Positions 37,693 through 51,335 of a DNA stretch of 64,000 bases are shown in pieces (within the stretch, counting starts at the first letter, position 1; each line of letters starts with the position of its first letter). The stretch comes from Psammoneis japonica. Lineage: Eukaryota. The translations under genes and the position numbers were made by a program. Location: positions 124,001 through 188,000 of the forward strand of contig QPGO01000049.1 in the NCBI GenBank assembly GCA_008632985.1, given 5' to 3'. Below the pieces are notes generated by a model. That model was not told the DNA's origin and made no database searches. It worked only from the letters and a program-made list of their open reading frames with translations.

Positions 37693-37993
37693 CGGATTGT
37701 GCATGGCCAGCTTCATCCCAGCACAAGAAAATTGTCATTTGTGCACATTGTGCACATGTCTGTCAACCTGGTGCTCAAACAATTGAGCTGTGAGGGCAAC
37801 ACTGCCACACCAGCTGAAACTCGTCCGCAGCTCTGCTCTTGGCACGGATTGTGTGTGGCCAGCTCCATCCCAGCACAAGAAAATTGTTGTTTGTGCACAT
37901 TTTGCACATGTCCATCAACCTGGTGCTCAAACAAGTGGACTGTGAGGGCAACACTGCCACACCAGCTGAAACTCATCCGCAGCTCTGCTCTTG
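37693..37993. repeat. Tandem direct repeat, 2 copies, period 152 bp
   Basis: 37693-37841 aligns with 37845-37993; several mismatches are CA versus TG or CG versus CA. Confidence 0.9.
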
Positions 37994-39699
37994 AGCGTGC
38001 GTGTGTGCTGGGACGGGGGCACACGCTTCATCTGCCAAGCTGGGGTTGCCTCTGTGTGCTGGTGCACTCCAAAGCATGTGTTTCCTTGCAGAATGGCATG
38101 TGGTTCTCTGATTCCCCACCTGACCTCACCATGGAGGTTGCACCCAGCAGCGCGTGTGATCAACCCCCAGCCAGTGCTGGGGTGTTTGCACACCCAATCC
38201 ATTGATTGTGGCATGGCAAGAGCCATTGTGGTTGGCAAACAACAGAGATGACATGCAAGCAGCATCACAACATCTCAGTCAGTGAAAACAAGTGGTGCCA
38301 CATCTGGGGCACCAGCAATCTGGGTCTGATCACCTGCCACACTTTGGGCATTCCTTGGCTGCAATCCCAGATTGTTGTGAACTCACAAGTTGATTCTTCC
38401 TTGCAATGTCAGATCAGAACCAACCAAATTTGCAAGAGCTCCTTGATTGCAAATTGCACCCCACTTTGAAGGACAAGTGTTCTTGCCCACAATTTTGACC
38501 TTTCAACCCTTTTCAATGTTTGCTGTTTCTCGATCCAGCATCTTTGCCTGCAGCAACATTGTTTTAAAAGCAAATGTTGCAACTGCCACTTGCTCTTGTC
38601 TGACAATCACCCTGCAGCTTGCCTCTTTGTTTTTGTGGCCATGTTTTCTGGATTTTGTTGTTTGCAGCAATTTGCATTCACACACCAGCTTGCTTTGTCA
38701 CCTTGGCTGCAACTGCTTTTGTGCCATTGCTGGCAGCCGCTGGCTGCAAGGGCAGCCCATTGGTGTGGCCTGCCCGTCCTCTCTCTGCTTCTTTTTCTCC
38801 TCTCTCTTGCATTTCTTCTTGGCCTCCTTGGACAAGTTCACCTTCTCTCTCCTTTGTTCCTTGAGCCATGCACCAAAAGAACCTTCACTCTTCTCTTGGT
38901 CTTTCTTTGCTCATTTGCACAGTTTGTTGTGCTTTGTGATCCCCTTCTTGCTCTTCTGCTGTCAGCTTTCTGTGCCTCGCAATGTCATCATCCAACCACC
39001 TTGTCACAGCAGTTGTGGTGTGCCAGCACCTCTGATGATGTGGCAAGTCACTCTTGGAGCAAATTGGTCATGCTTCTGCCAAACTGCCCTTGGGCTGCCA
39101 CAGTTGGTGCCACCATTTCCAAGAACCATGTGCATGTGTGGTCTTTGGTCATCAGCCCTGCCCTTGATCAAATCTTTGCAATCAGCCAGTGACCCCTCCA
39201 AAGCAGCAGCTGCACGGACAAAAGCAATGGAGTTCACACCCCATCCTGTTGGACAGTCCAAACCATGGCTGTCAAACACCTGTGTTGTGTTGCTTGCCTG
39301 TCATCCTCCTCCTTGCATTGTCCTGCATGTTGCTCCTTTTGCAGTTCAGTTTTTTCCTGAACACCTCTTTGTGTGCATTCCAGAATGCTTCCATCACCAA
39401 TGCCGTGCTCTTTGGCTCCTGCAGAACCATTTCATGCACTCTCCTTCCACTGCGAGTTCTTTGATGAAGGCCATGAACTTGCAACACAGCCACACACTTT
39501 CGTTGACAACCTCAGTCAACATGGACCTTGTCAAATTCTCATTGACCACTGGAGCTTGATCCGTTGCACCATGATGTCCCTCCACAGGGAGTCACAACAC
39601 AACTTGAGTCCCTCCTCACAAACTGGAGCTGGCTCAATTCCCTGTGCTCATTCATTTGCACATTGTGTTGAACAATCCCACTTTCACAGGGCTCATTGG

Positions 39700-40600
39700 G
39701 GCTGCAAAGCAAAGCAAATCAAAGTGGCTCAGCCCAACTTGCCAGTGCAACTGTTGATCTTTGTCCTGCCCTCTTCAACCCCTGACTTGCCACTTGACGT
39801 GGCACTCTCACCAACCTGCACTGTCACTCCTGTGACAACCATCTCCTCCATCTTCTTTCCTGCTCCAACAGGTGGCACTTGTGTTGCACTGTTTGCTGCA
39901 TCTCACCCAGTTTGTGACACAAGAAGTCACAAAATGAGTGCACTTTGCAAAACAGTGACTGCTGCTGGCTTGATGGATGCAGAATTCCATGCTGCTGGCA
40001 CCACTGTAAAGTTGGTTCCATGTGTCTCCATTCCATTCTTTGGGAGCTTGGGTTCTCTCAAGACTTGCCAGCCCTGTTGCATGTTGACAATGAATTGGCT
40101 GTCAAGATCATCAACAATTGCATCCTGACTCAACGCTCTTGCCACATTGACATCCAGTGGTTTGCTCCCCAGGACTGGAAGGATGCCAGCCACATTGTCA
40201 CATGACACATCCCTGGCATTGTCAACCCAAGCAATGACATCACCAAGGCTCTTGGGCAGGCTGATGCTCTGCGCCCACCACGCCCATCAGATGATGGGAC
40301 ACCTCCATTGATTTGTTGTTGCTGGCATCTGTTGAATTGCCCCACATCATTTTGTGATGTCTGGCTCCTTTCCAGAGTCATCCAGTTTGTTCTGTCCCTT
40401 TTGCATGAGACTGTCTTCCCTTTCTTCATGTTTTGTGATCTGCGTGGTCTTGTTTCTTGACATGTTAGATCAGGGGAGGGTGTCAGCCTGCTCTGCACAG
40501 GGCACATGGTCAGACTGTGCACAGATGATGGTCAGACTCTTTCAGATGGACAAGATGATCTCCTTGGCTTGTCACTCTTGCCCTCAAGTGCTTCAAATGT
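39700..40600 (+). mobile_element. Ty1/Copia LTR-retrotransposon relic: RNase H, polypurine tract, start of 3' LTR
   Basis: AEFHAA..KLV..LHSILWELGFSQ..LHVDN..QRSCHIDIQWFAPQDWKD..HIPGIVNPSNDITKALG (eroded Copia RNase H). AGGGGAGGG at 40472-40480 is directly followed by TGTCAG. Outer limits are approximate. Confidence 0.85.
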
Positions 40601-42249
40601 TTCATGAGTGCAGATTTGTCAAACCAGCCCCATCTTGGATTTGAAAATGAGAAGTTGCCCAACTGCAATTCAAAAGATCTTGATGGTGATGATGACACCC
40701 AGATTGTTGGTGCCCCAGATGCATTTTTTCATGGCACTGCAGCAGCCAGGTTGGCCTGCACAAAAAGCTGGCGCAAGTGTGCCCAGTCATTTCAGCCAGT
40801 TTGGCAAAAAAAAAACTGGTGCCAGCACCAGCATTCTGCACTCACAGCCAACCCCACCCCTGTGCAAGGGCTGCCATGGGATGCAGGTGGCTGTGGTGTG
40901 TGATGACATCATCACATGCATTGAGTTGCACACATTCACATCTGCACTTGTGAACACATGCCATCAAGCAAATGACTCCCATCCCACAGCACCCCAATTT
41001 TCTGAATGCCAAACACAGAGGGGGCAGGAGTTGACCATTTTTAAGCCATTCTCACACCACCCAAACAACACGCGTCACATCAGCTCCACCACCATGATGA
41101 CATCACCTCCATCATCCCCAACACCCACTGACAATGCCACAAATGTTGTTGTTGCCTCTGCCAAGCCCGTTGTGGAAGACAATTCTGTCACTCAATTTGT
41201 CGTGACCCAACCACAGATGCACTGCAATCTGGAAGGTGTCAATTTTTTCTCCTGCTGATCCAGCACCTGTCACACAATCTCAAGGCCGCAATTGGTCCAT
41301 CTGGTCATTGCATTGCCTGAACAAATTTCTTCCAAGTGTTTGCATGGGGAGGTCATGTTTGGTGATGATGGGCAGGGGCTTGAGTGTAGAAGCTTGCAAC
41401 TTTGCACTGCACAAAAGAAACAAAAGACAAAGTGTGAGGTCAAGGTTAAACTCACACCCTGCACCATGCTCTCTTTTCTCTGTGACCCCATTGTCAATGA
41501 GTCCATTTCTTTGGAGTCTTTCTTGCCCACTGACACACTCCCTCCCTTGTCAAGCAGGCCACACATCATTTTGATGTGAAGCAACAACCTTGACAGAAAC
41601 CAATTGATGAAAATGAAAAGAAGTCATGACAGGTGCGTTGCACAAAGACAAGCTAAAAAATGTGAAGAAGAAGTTGGCAAGGAAGGTGTGGCAGATGCAG
41701 AAAGCAGAGTGACAGAAGTGGAGGTTGTCATTGCAGTTGGCAAATGTCGAGTTGGCAAGATGTGCAAGGCAGCAGCAAATCCACTTGGATTCAACAATGT
41801 GTTTGAGGTGGGAAAGGAGAAAATGAGAAAGAAGAACCTGCCACTGACAAGATTGTGGGCTGGGGAACAAGAGGAATGGCCAAGACAATGTTTGAAGCTG
41901 CCATTGTTTCACAGCACGGAAGGACAAGAGGACAATGCACACCTTGTGATTGCATTTGATGTGTCAGATGCAACTCTAAACTGGCAGAATGCTCAACTCT
42001 AAACCATTCCACAAGGTGCTTTGTTGCTCAGTTTGCACAGGTTCCCAAAAAGCACTGTGATTTGTGGCAAAGTCTGTTGCACCTGGTGCAGCAAGAGCAA
42101 GGGACAACACAGCCACAGGTGCATCTGAGTTGCCCTTGGAAATCTTGCAAACAAGAACATCCGTGGCAATGAGAGCCACAGCCATTTGCTTTGCTGCCTT
42201 TGGTTTGACCTTTGCCACATTGCTGCTAAAAAGCAAAGCAGGAGCTCTC

Positions 42250-43330
42250 AGAAAGGATTTGATGGCATCAACAACCATGTCAACTAAGTGAGCATTCTGG
42301 ATGAGGCAATCACCATGCATGAAAAGGTCAAACAAAATGGAAGCAACACCATTGCAATTCAAAGCTGGGTGCAGCAGGAGGTGGTTGCAGTGGCAATGGG
42401 TGCAAGCATTGCATGGCAGCAGGCTGGAAGGGTCGATGCTTTCAGCAAAGGCAGGGCTGGAAAGCAGAACCTTGAAGGATGCTTGGTGACAGCAAGTCAG
42501 GAATGAGAGAAGGCATGGAACTTGCATCAAATCTGTCATTTCAAATTCCCTCACTTCAGGAGAAATGTTGGTCGCTGCAGTGCACCGGACATGCAAATGA
42601 ACAAATGCACATGTGTTTCCAGCAAAACACACATTTGCCAGAAGCAGCTTGGAAAGGGAACTCCCTGGCCCATGCCAATCAAGCCAGGTGGACCGGTTTC
42701 CCTGAAATGTCTCAATTTTTGTCTCCTCCTGTTGGAGTGAACAATGCATTTGAAAGAAGAACCATTGGCCATTGGCAATGCCAACAGCTGGTTTGAAACC
42801 ATTGTAAAAGGAAGGTTGCTGCAGGTGACATGGAATGACACATGCCTGTGCCTCTTGTCAAATGGCAATGGCCAACATTGTGGGGGAATCTTGAACCCAA
42901 TCAAAGCCATTCATTGATGAAACAATCTGGGCAGTGCAAGTTGTGGTCATGAGCAGGAAGGGCAGCAAAACAATGAATTTTGTCAAGAGCAACAAGCCGC
43001 AGCAAACCCTGGTGTGCAAAAGAGAGAAGAAATTGCAGTGGCTCATCAATTGGAAACAGCCAACTGAGGGGAAGAAAACATGTGCCGCACCCTGTCAAAA
43101 AAAACATTCCATGTGAGGATTGTGATGTTTTGATGTCTCATCCAAATGAAATGAGGTGACTGGGCCATGTTGTTGTTGTCATGTGGCTTGTTGTGACACA
43201 TTGTTTTGCGGCACTGATTGGAACCCAGGGACAAAAGTGGGATGACCGCAAGGATTGTGCCATGGTGGCAGACACTGACAATGTCTTGGACAAGGGATTT
43301 GCCACCTTCTGTGGGTCTGACTGGTGACTG
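42250..43330 (-). pseudogene. Degenerate RecQ-like SF2 helicase
   Basis: Motif I VRPTEGGKSL, Ia AVIPLLSLGSNQ, II LRLVALDKIH (DExH), III LLMTTTCT, and a downstream Cys cluster CCHQ..PCNACTHC, in correct order with frameshifts and deletions. Confidence 0.7.
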
Positions 43331-45610
43331 TGGCTGGGCTTGTTGGTTTTTCATTCATGAAAACAGTTTGGAGCCAACCTCAACCTTCCAACTGCAAGGT
43401 TGCTTGCCAAAGACACTGACAGAGATGTCAATGAATGTTTGGGAGAATGGTGTGGGCAGCTTTGTGCAGGTTGGGTGTGTGGAAGCATCTGTGTCAGGTG
43501 CTGCAGCTGATGAAAAAAGTGCAAGTTGTTGCCGTGCAGCAGCACTGCCAACAATGCACACTCAACAGTGGCAAAACTCACATTGGGGCAACAGGCATTG
43601 CATCATGGGAAGGCGTTGATGATGCATTGCTCAACATCATCATGGTGGACTGTTGTTGACACATGTTTTTTGTGTGTCATGTGGCAGGTGAAAAACGGTC
43701 AACTCCCACCCTCTGTGTTTGCCATCCAGGGAATTGGAGGAGAGCATGGATCAGGATTTCCCTTGGTGCCATGAGCACTTGTGTGCAAATGCCAAATTTC
43801 GTTAAATGACAGCATGTAAAAAATGCATCACATCTCAATTGCATCACCATGCCATCACATCCACACTCTTCCCTTGCACAGGGGTGAGCCAGCCTCTTTG
43901 CACAAACAAATGTGGTTTTTGTGCTGCACCGTCTGGGCTCCACAAAGTGCCGCACATCTTTCAATCCACCATGTGGCACTTTGTGCCAGTGACACCTGCA
44001 GTTGTCACCATCATTCTCAAAAAGAAAATGCAAGGGGCCAAACCTTTTGCAAAGGTGGCAACATGAAGCAATGACAGGGATGAGCTGCAAGGCTTGCCCA
44101 AGCAAGCCAGATTTGTCAGCTGAGGAACTGCTGCTTGCAAAGAAGTTGAGGAAAATCAACAACATTGTTGGCAGTTGGCCCAGCTGGCACTGTCAAAAAT
44201 GACAACAGAGAGAGGGAGGACAAGGCTGTGGTCAGAGATCTGGGAAATGCAGAGGGTCGTCTCTCAAAGCATGTGATTTGTTTGCAAAAGCAAGTTGGTG
44301 GTGCGGAGGGCAAATGACCCAGGTGTTTCCTTTTTCTTCTTCTTCTTCTTCAAATCACCCCAACCACAGTGTGGCCACTGCTTTTCACCAAGGTGTTTTA
44401 CAGAACAGGAGTGTTTTGCAGATTCTGCCCATCTGGATTGAAAGCAGGTTCAAGGGCCCTGCCCAATGCACAAGATTGGTTCAGCATGGCTGCTGGAGCT
44501 CTGCTGCTTGTGCTCAAACCTTTTGCTCTTGGCATCTGCACCTTTTGTGATTGCAGCTGTCTACCCCCATTGGGTTGGTCATCCAACCAGGAATTTGCCC
44601 TCCTGTCTTGATGCCCACATCCAAAAGAACTGAGTTGGGGCTGGTTTGCCTTGAGCATTGGCTTGGCTGGCACAAAAGACACAACTCAAAGCTTCAGCAT
44701 CTCCTGCCTTTGGCTTCTCACTCAAGTTGATCAATGCAAGGTTTTGAGCAATGACTTGGAATGTGGACAGAGTGTGTGTTGAGTGGCAAAAGAGATGACA
44801 CCCAGCCACTGTTTTGAGTGCATTCTGAGGCAATCCAGTTGCTCCCATCAGCAGCACTGTTGCAAAAGAAAGTGCCCACACCTCCTTCTTTGTTTCTGTG
44901 CTTGAGACTGCAATTCCTGGAGTCTTGAGAAAGGGTTAGATTAAGACTCCACATTTTGTGCCCTCCTCTGAGAATGTCCAATTGTTCTCCATGTCACACC
45001 CATCAGGCATGTGACTCAGGAGAGAGCGCAAACTGACCAAATGGCAACTCAGGTGCCAGTGTGTCAACCAGTTGTCAGGAACCTTGTGGTGCATTCTTCT
45101 GAAATGCTGGACTTGAGCCATGTCTTCAGCCAATGTTGAGCAGATGATGCCACAAGGCTTGCAATGGAGCACAACATAAAAACAAAGCTGGTGCTGCAAT
45201 TTTGCACTGGACAAACAAAAAGAACACAGGGACACCAGCACCCAGGATGGCAACATTGCACAGATCATTGGCCAGATCATCCTTGTGTGAACCATTGCAA
45301 CCACAACTGCCACATCCCACATGAAGTCAGGGAGTGCAGCAAATGACTCACACCTGATGAGGTGGAGGTGGGTGGACAGTGTGACAAGCTGCTGGTGCTT
45401 GGTCATGTGAATCTCCCACCAAGATGTGGCATGAGGCGAATCTGTGTGAGACCCATGTGCAGTGCTGGGAGTTTTCCTCATGCATGAGACCAGCACCAGT
45501 TGTCTGCTGCATGCACAGTCAGTTGTTGAGCACTGGGGTGGTGCTCCACCAAATTAAATGTTGACCTGGCCTCTGGCCTTGTTTGACATGTGTGATGTCA
45601 GGTTGCTGAC

Positions 45611-45783
45611 ACCGCCCCTTGACCTCTGTCTCTTTCTCAGCTGCTCTGCAGATCTTTGATGCCATCTGAGATTCTGGACACATTGTGCTGCACTCTCTGG
45701 GCACATTTCCTCAGCTGCTCTGCAGGTCTTTGTTGCCCATCTGAGATTCCAAGCACATTGTGCTGCCCTCTCTGGGCACATTT
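45611..45783 (-). repeat. ~74-bp tandem repeat (45636-45783) next to a possible second PPT/LTR junction
   Basis: Two copies of CTCAGCTGCTCTGCAG..CTCTGGGCACATTT. The minus strand reads AAGGGGCGG-TGTCAG at 45620-45606, like the junction at 40472. The LTR interpretation is tentative. Confidence 0.55.
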
Positions 45784-48700
45784 CCAGAGTGTGAGCCTTC
45801 TGAATGTCCCATTGGAGTTTTTGGGTGGTGCCACCAAGTGCAAGAATGTCCCACTTTCTTGGACTGGAAATGGAGGATTCAAGAAGAGTCAATCAAGAAG
45901 AGTGCACTTTGTCCTCATTGAGCTCAGCGTCCAAGCCAAACACAGAGTGGCAACACTGATGCCTCTTTGTGGGTGGGTGGTTGGAGGAGTTGGAGCGGCA
46001 CCAACTGGAAAATGTGCAAAGAGAGTCATTCACACAGGCTCTCTGCTCTGAGACATCAGACAGACATTTGGCTCTGCATGACCTCTGTGCATGGCTGGTT
46101 TTTGGTGGTTGAATCTGATGCTTTCTCTTTGGTGCTGGAGTTTCAAAGAGTTTTGTTTGATGGAGCCCACCCTGTCTCACTGCAGATTGTTTGGCCCTCT
46201 TGGTGGGGGGTTGGGCAGCAGGTGACAGGAGCCACCTGCATTGTTTGGCACAGTGCCCTCCCCCCATTTCTTTCAAAAAGCAAGTGATGTGATGGCAAAG
46301 GCTCTTTCATGTTTCTTTTCCTCGGTGGCATTCCATCCATTGGCAGGTGGAGACAACCAGTCAATCAACTGGAGGATCAAGACACTGTCTCTCACAGAAA
46401 AACAGAAAAATTGAGTGTGCCAGTTGACAGGCACTGCATCTCTCTCATCTTCTTCCATGTTCTTGTGAAGGACCAGCAGGATTTGTGCAGAACTTCTGTT
46501 TCTCTTTTCTCACCACTGCACTGTGATGCAGCAGGGCATGGCACAGATCTCTCCCTCTTTACCCCAAAGTCTTTCATGCTTGTTGTGGACAATGCTCTTT
46601 TCAGTGGCTGCCACCTGCAACATTTGTGACTGACTCCTGGGTGGATTGCAGCAAAATGTCCAACAAGGGTCAGTGGTGCATGCCCCAGCAGAGCCACACT
46701 GTGGTGTGAAATGGATGCACTCCCCTTTGCTTGTTTGGAGCTGAGTTTGCAGAAATCTCTGGGCTGTGATGATGGGGAGCTTCCAGCACTTGCAAAATTT
46801 TGGCATTCAGGTTGCTGCTGATGTTGTCTCACTTCACTTTTGGGTGGTGCTGGGTGGTGCCCATCACCCCACCACTGCCACCAAGATGTGGGCACAGGTG
46901 TGGCTCATGCCAACTCTTCTGGCATCCTCTCCAGGGTGCACTCCACCAACCCTGCTGTGTGGGACAATGCCCTTGAGGTTTGGCAGACCTTTGCATCCAT
47001 GCCAGTGAAGGGCTTGACTGCAAACTTGTTTCTCAGACCAAATGGACAAAGGCAAAGCTTGCTCTCAACTGGGCCACAGAGTGTTCTTCATGACAAATGA
47101 CAAACATTTGTCTCTTGTTGAGTTCAGGTCCTGCACTGGCTTCATTTGCTGTGCAGCTCTCTGACTCATGATCACTTGCCACTGCAACATGTGACAAGAG
47201 GCTTTTGTGCAAAGCAGGCAACTGATGGGCCATCAAGTGGCAAAGTGATGCCCAAAAACCAGCGGCATGCTCTGCACTGCTGCTGCTTGACCAGCTGCAG
47301 TTGTGGTGGTTGGACACAGATTTTTGCATGGCTTCTCCAGCATGTTGTTGGGCTCCAGGGGGGGGGGGGGGCAACACATGTGATGCTCCTTTGTGATGAC
47401 CCAAAACTTCTGTTCAAGGTGTCTCACCTGCATTGGCTGCACATGCACTGGAAGAGATGGCTGCAGCATGGCTGCTGAAGTGGCACACTGACATCCTTCA
47501 AGGTGTTCTCTCCTTGATCCCAAGGCTGTTGACACCCTTGTGGTTTTGACATTTTGTTCAGTTGGCCAACATTTGTTTTTGCATTGCCCAATTTTGTGCA
47601 GGTGTGTGCTTCTGAGTTGGTGTGCATTTCCCTCTGTTGCACCACAAGCCCTGGGAGTGGAGACAAGCTCCACTTCAGTGGTGCTGTTTTTGCACAAATG
47701 TGTCAAAGTGCACAAAGCCTGGCTGGTGCACATTGGGGGTGAGAACTTTTGTGACAAATGCAGCAGTTTCCTGAGGAAGAAAGTCCAAATGATGGGAGAG
47801 ACATGGCGTGTGGGGTGGCATGGAAAACTTGACACATCACATTGCTGTGAACAAGCAAGCAGCAGTTTGGAGCACTGTTTTGTTGTTTGTGTGGGAGCAA
47901 CTTTGCATGGATGGCTTGCACATTGTGCAAAGAATGTGCAAGTCTCCTTGCTTTGTGCAATTGCAGGATCCACTCACAGCAGCAGTTTGGACCCATTGCT
48001 TTAAATTCAAAGATCACTTTCAGCACACCAAAGAAAGCTCCTCCAGCTCAATCTGTTTTTGCAGGCACAACAGCTCAGTGTGAGTGCAACAAATTTCAAT
48101 GAATTTTTTTTTGCAGGCACCTGCATGAAATTCAGCAAGCCATTGGATTGGTTGTGCGCTGTTCTGGGAGACTTGTGGATGCTCTTTGGCATTGTGTGGC
48201 TCAGCCAGGTTTTCTTTCTGAGGTGCTGCTGCATGGCTGCAGGGTGCTGAGGTCCTGGAGTGGGCTGTCAGCTGGGTCAATCACATTGGGGCACAGGTGG
48301 CATGGAACTTGTGGTTCTTGTGGGTCCCATGAGCAGTGTCTGCTCCAAATGCTTGCAAATGCTGTGTGTGTGTTCTTGAGGTTGTTGTCTGCACTGCAAT
48401 TGTGGGCAGGGTCCTGCTTGGGCAATTTGGGCTTGCAGCTGGTGTTGAGCAGGAAGAGTGGGGTGCACACCACTGGAATTGGGGTTGCTGCCAGCTTGGT
48501 TGGATGTCAGCAGATCTGATCCATTGGGGAAAAAAGCAGGTGCTGTGATTGATGTCAGTGTAGACTTTGCAAGGGCACCGTGACCTGGGGCTGGAGCATT
48601 GACCCCCCCCCCCCTTGATTGTGCCCAGGTGTGTCCAGTGCAAGTTTTTTTGCCATTGTGTTGGCATGAGTGGTGGAGGCTTGTGATCTGAAGTCATTGT

Positions 48701-50769
48701 GTGGCATGCATCTGGCCTCCACTTCAATCACAGATGTGCTTCTGATCATTTTAATGCGCCAGTGCAGTGGAGCCCAAAAGGGGCCCTGGCCACCCCTTTG
48801 CAAGTGGAAAACATGGTTTTGATGTCATGCTGATGCAATGTTCATGTCATGATTTTTTGTGTGTTGTCACATCTCTTAATTTTGCATTTGCACACAAATG
48901 CCAATGAGGATGGGAGTTTTACTTAACAACATGCTGTGCACACACATTTGCAAGAATGTGAATGTGTCCGACTCAATGGATGTGATGATGTCATCACCCA
49001 CACCCACCCACATCCCACAGGACCACTTGCAAAGGGGTGGGCCCTGGCATTCTTGCTGGCAACCAAGAAGTTTCCAGCTTGGGTTGAAGTGTCAGTGTGC
49101 ACACTCAAATGTTTGGTGCTGGGGCCCCAGGTTTGCAGAACAAACAACAAGGCAAAGAGCCATTGTTTGCACCTCAAGGATTGCCAGGAACTGAGTTGAA
49201 TGTCTTGGCAATGTGTCGTTGCTCAGCAATCATCACCAAGGGCTCATGACTTGGCTGCAAATCAACTTGTTTTCTTTGACTGGAGATGTTTTTGCTCCTT
49301 TTTTTGCCAAATGCTAGCCAAGCACACACTCTTGCCTCTCTTGCACTTTGCAGCACTTTGTTTTGAGAGATCAAGAGGGGGTCATTTGGAAACTGCAATT
49401 TCAGGGTTTGAGCTGTTGCTGAGATTTCCTCAACAACATTTGCAACATTTGTTGGGGGGAGGGGTGACAGGGGGTTGAACCAAAAGTTGTGGTTTTTGCA
49501 ATTGCCATGACTTTTGTTCGTGTGAAACATTTGCATGCAGCACTTCTCTTGATTTTGCTGTGATGCGCCATCTCATCAAAAATTGAATCTTCAAAGCTCC
49601 ACAAAGACCCTCTGCAAATTCAAAAGCCTTTGTTTGCAGCTGACTTCTTTTCTGCTGACACCCGCCCACCCTGTTGAAGAAACAAGGGCATCACAACACC
49701 CAGTTGCTTGCAGCACTTTGACCCCTTCCTGCTGACAGCTCCCAAAAGTTTGCCCAACAATGCAGAAGCCCTGTGGACTTGCACTGGTTCCTGCTCTCAA
49801 AGTCTGTCTGTTTGGAGCACAGGTTTTTTGTGCCATTCTTGTCCCAGCACATCTCACAAACTGCAGGCTTTTGCACGTGATTTCATGTGTGGAACTCATG
49901 CCATGGAAACAAGGTCAAATCTTGCACAACAAGCCAGCGGCATTTTTGGATTTGTTGCGTGCACAATGTGCCAGATTCTTGCATGCAGACACAGCAATGT
50001 GGAAGGCTGGTGGACAAACAAACACACTGGGAACCACCATGAAATTCCACACAATTGGGCAGCCTTTTGAGAGCCACAAGCTTTGGCTCACACCTCTTGG
50101 CACACTGGGCAACTCCTCTGCTCTTTTTGTTGCTGCTGCTGTGTGGGCAGGACCAACAGGAACTTGTGACCACAGGTTGCTTGCCAAGCAGGCCTGGCTT
50201 CCAGCTGCTCAAAGTGCAAAATCCTGACTTTGATGCACCAACACAACTGAGTCAAAAAGAGGCTCCAGCACACCAGCACTGGTGGTGGCCAAATTTCTGG
50301 TCTGGATTTGTTGTCTGACACAGGGGAGGCACTGCACCCACTGCCACATGTTGCAGAGAGTTGTTGCCAGCATGTGCTCAAAATGTTCAGAAACTCCTGA
50401 GATTCAGAAGTGAGGTAAAAAGCCAGAGGTGCACACAGGTGGATGGTGCTCAAATTGGACACAACTGTTGCACATTTGCAGGCCATTGACACTCCAGCTG
50501 CTCAAAAAAACATCTGGGCTCAACAAGTTGTTCAAAGTCAACTCTGCATCATTCACCAACAAAGTGCAAAGTGCAGCTTGTCTTCAGATGAAATCATCAC
50601 ATGTTTGATGTGTTCTTGAATGTGCTCAATGTGACAATTGCAGCACCATGGTGCTGCACTCTTGGCTCAGTCAAACTCAGCACCAGGCTGCTCATCATGA
50701 GTGTTGGCAAAAGGTCATTGTGACAAGAGATGCTGACCTTGATGAGACAATGCAGTCAAATCCAAGAAA

Positions 50770-51335
50770 ATGGCCCAGCATTGTTGGTGGCAGAGTTTCT
50801 GGCTTGGGTTCATTGGCTGGTGACAGGAGTCCATGCTGCCACATTCAGTGGAAAAAGTGTCAGCAGTGTGTGCTTTTGCATGTTCAGCAGTCTCCAAGAT
50901 TTGTGAAAGTGAGACAAGCAAAGACAGTGTCAGACAGTCTCTGAGATTTGTGAAAGTGAGATGAAGACAGCACCAGACACATGTGCACACAGACAGAAGG
51001 TGTGATGGTGCTCAAATTGGCTGCAATGGCCATTGCACCTTTGCCATGTTTGACATTCATGACTGACAAAATCTGCATTCAGTGGATTGTTCAAAATCAC
51101 TTTCAAGTCATGTGCCAACTCAGCACAACACATGTTGCAGAAGCTGTCTCCGGGCACAAAATCACTGACACAGCAAAGTTGAGAGAGATCCCAGCTTTGT
51201 GATGCAACAACATGGTCAAGTCTAAAAGGGGCCCCATCATCATTGGTGGCAAAGAATCTGGCTTGGGTTTGTTGGCTGGCTGGAGGCCACACCACCACAT
51301 TCAGCGGGGAAATGTCAGTGTGTGTTTTTGTGCTC
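50770..51335. repeat. Diverged direct repeat of ~110 bp (~50770-50880 and ~51228-51335)
   Basis: Shared TTGGTGGCA..TCTGGCTTGGGTT..TTGGCTGG..CCACATTCAG..TGTCAG, with reciprocal CA/TG differences. Confidence 0.65.

Noticed and set aside
45636..45783. CRISPR-like array (also considered for 37693-37993)
   Set aside because: Only two adjacent long copies, no unique spacers, no cas genes, eukaryotic context.
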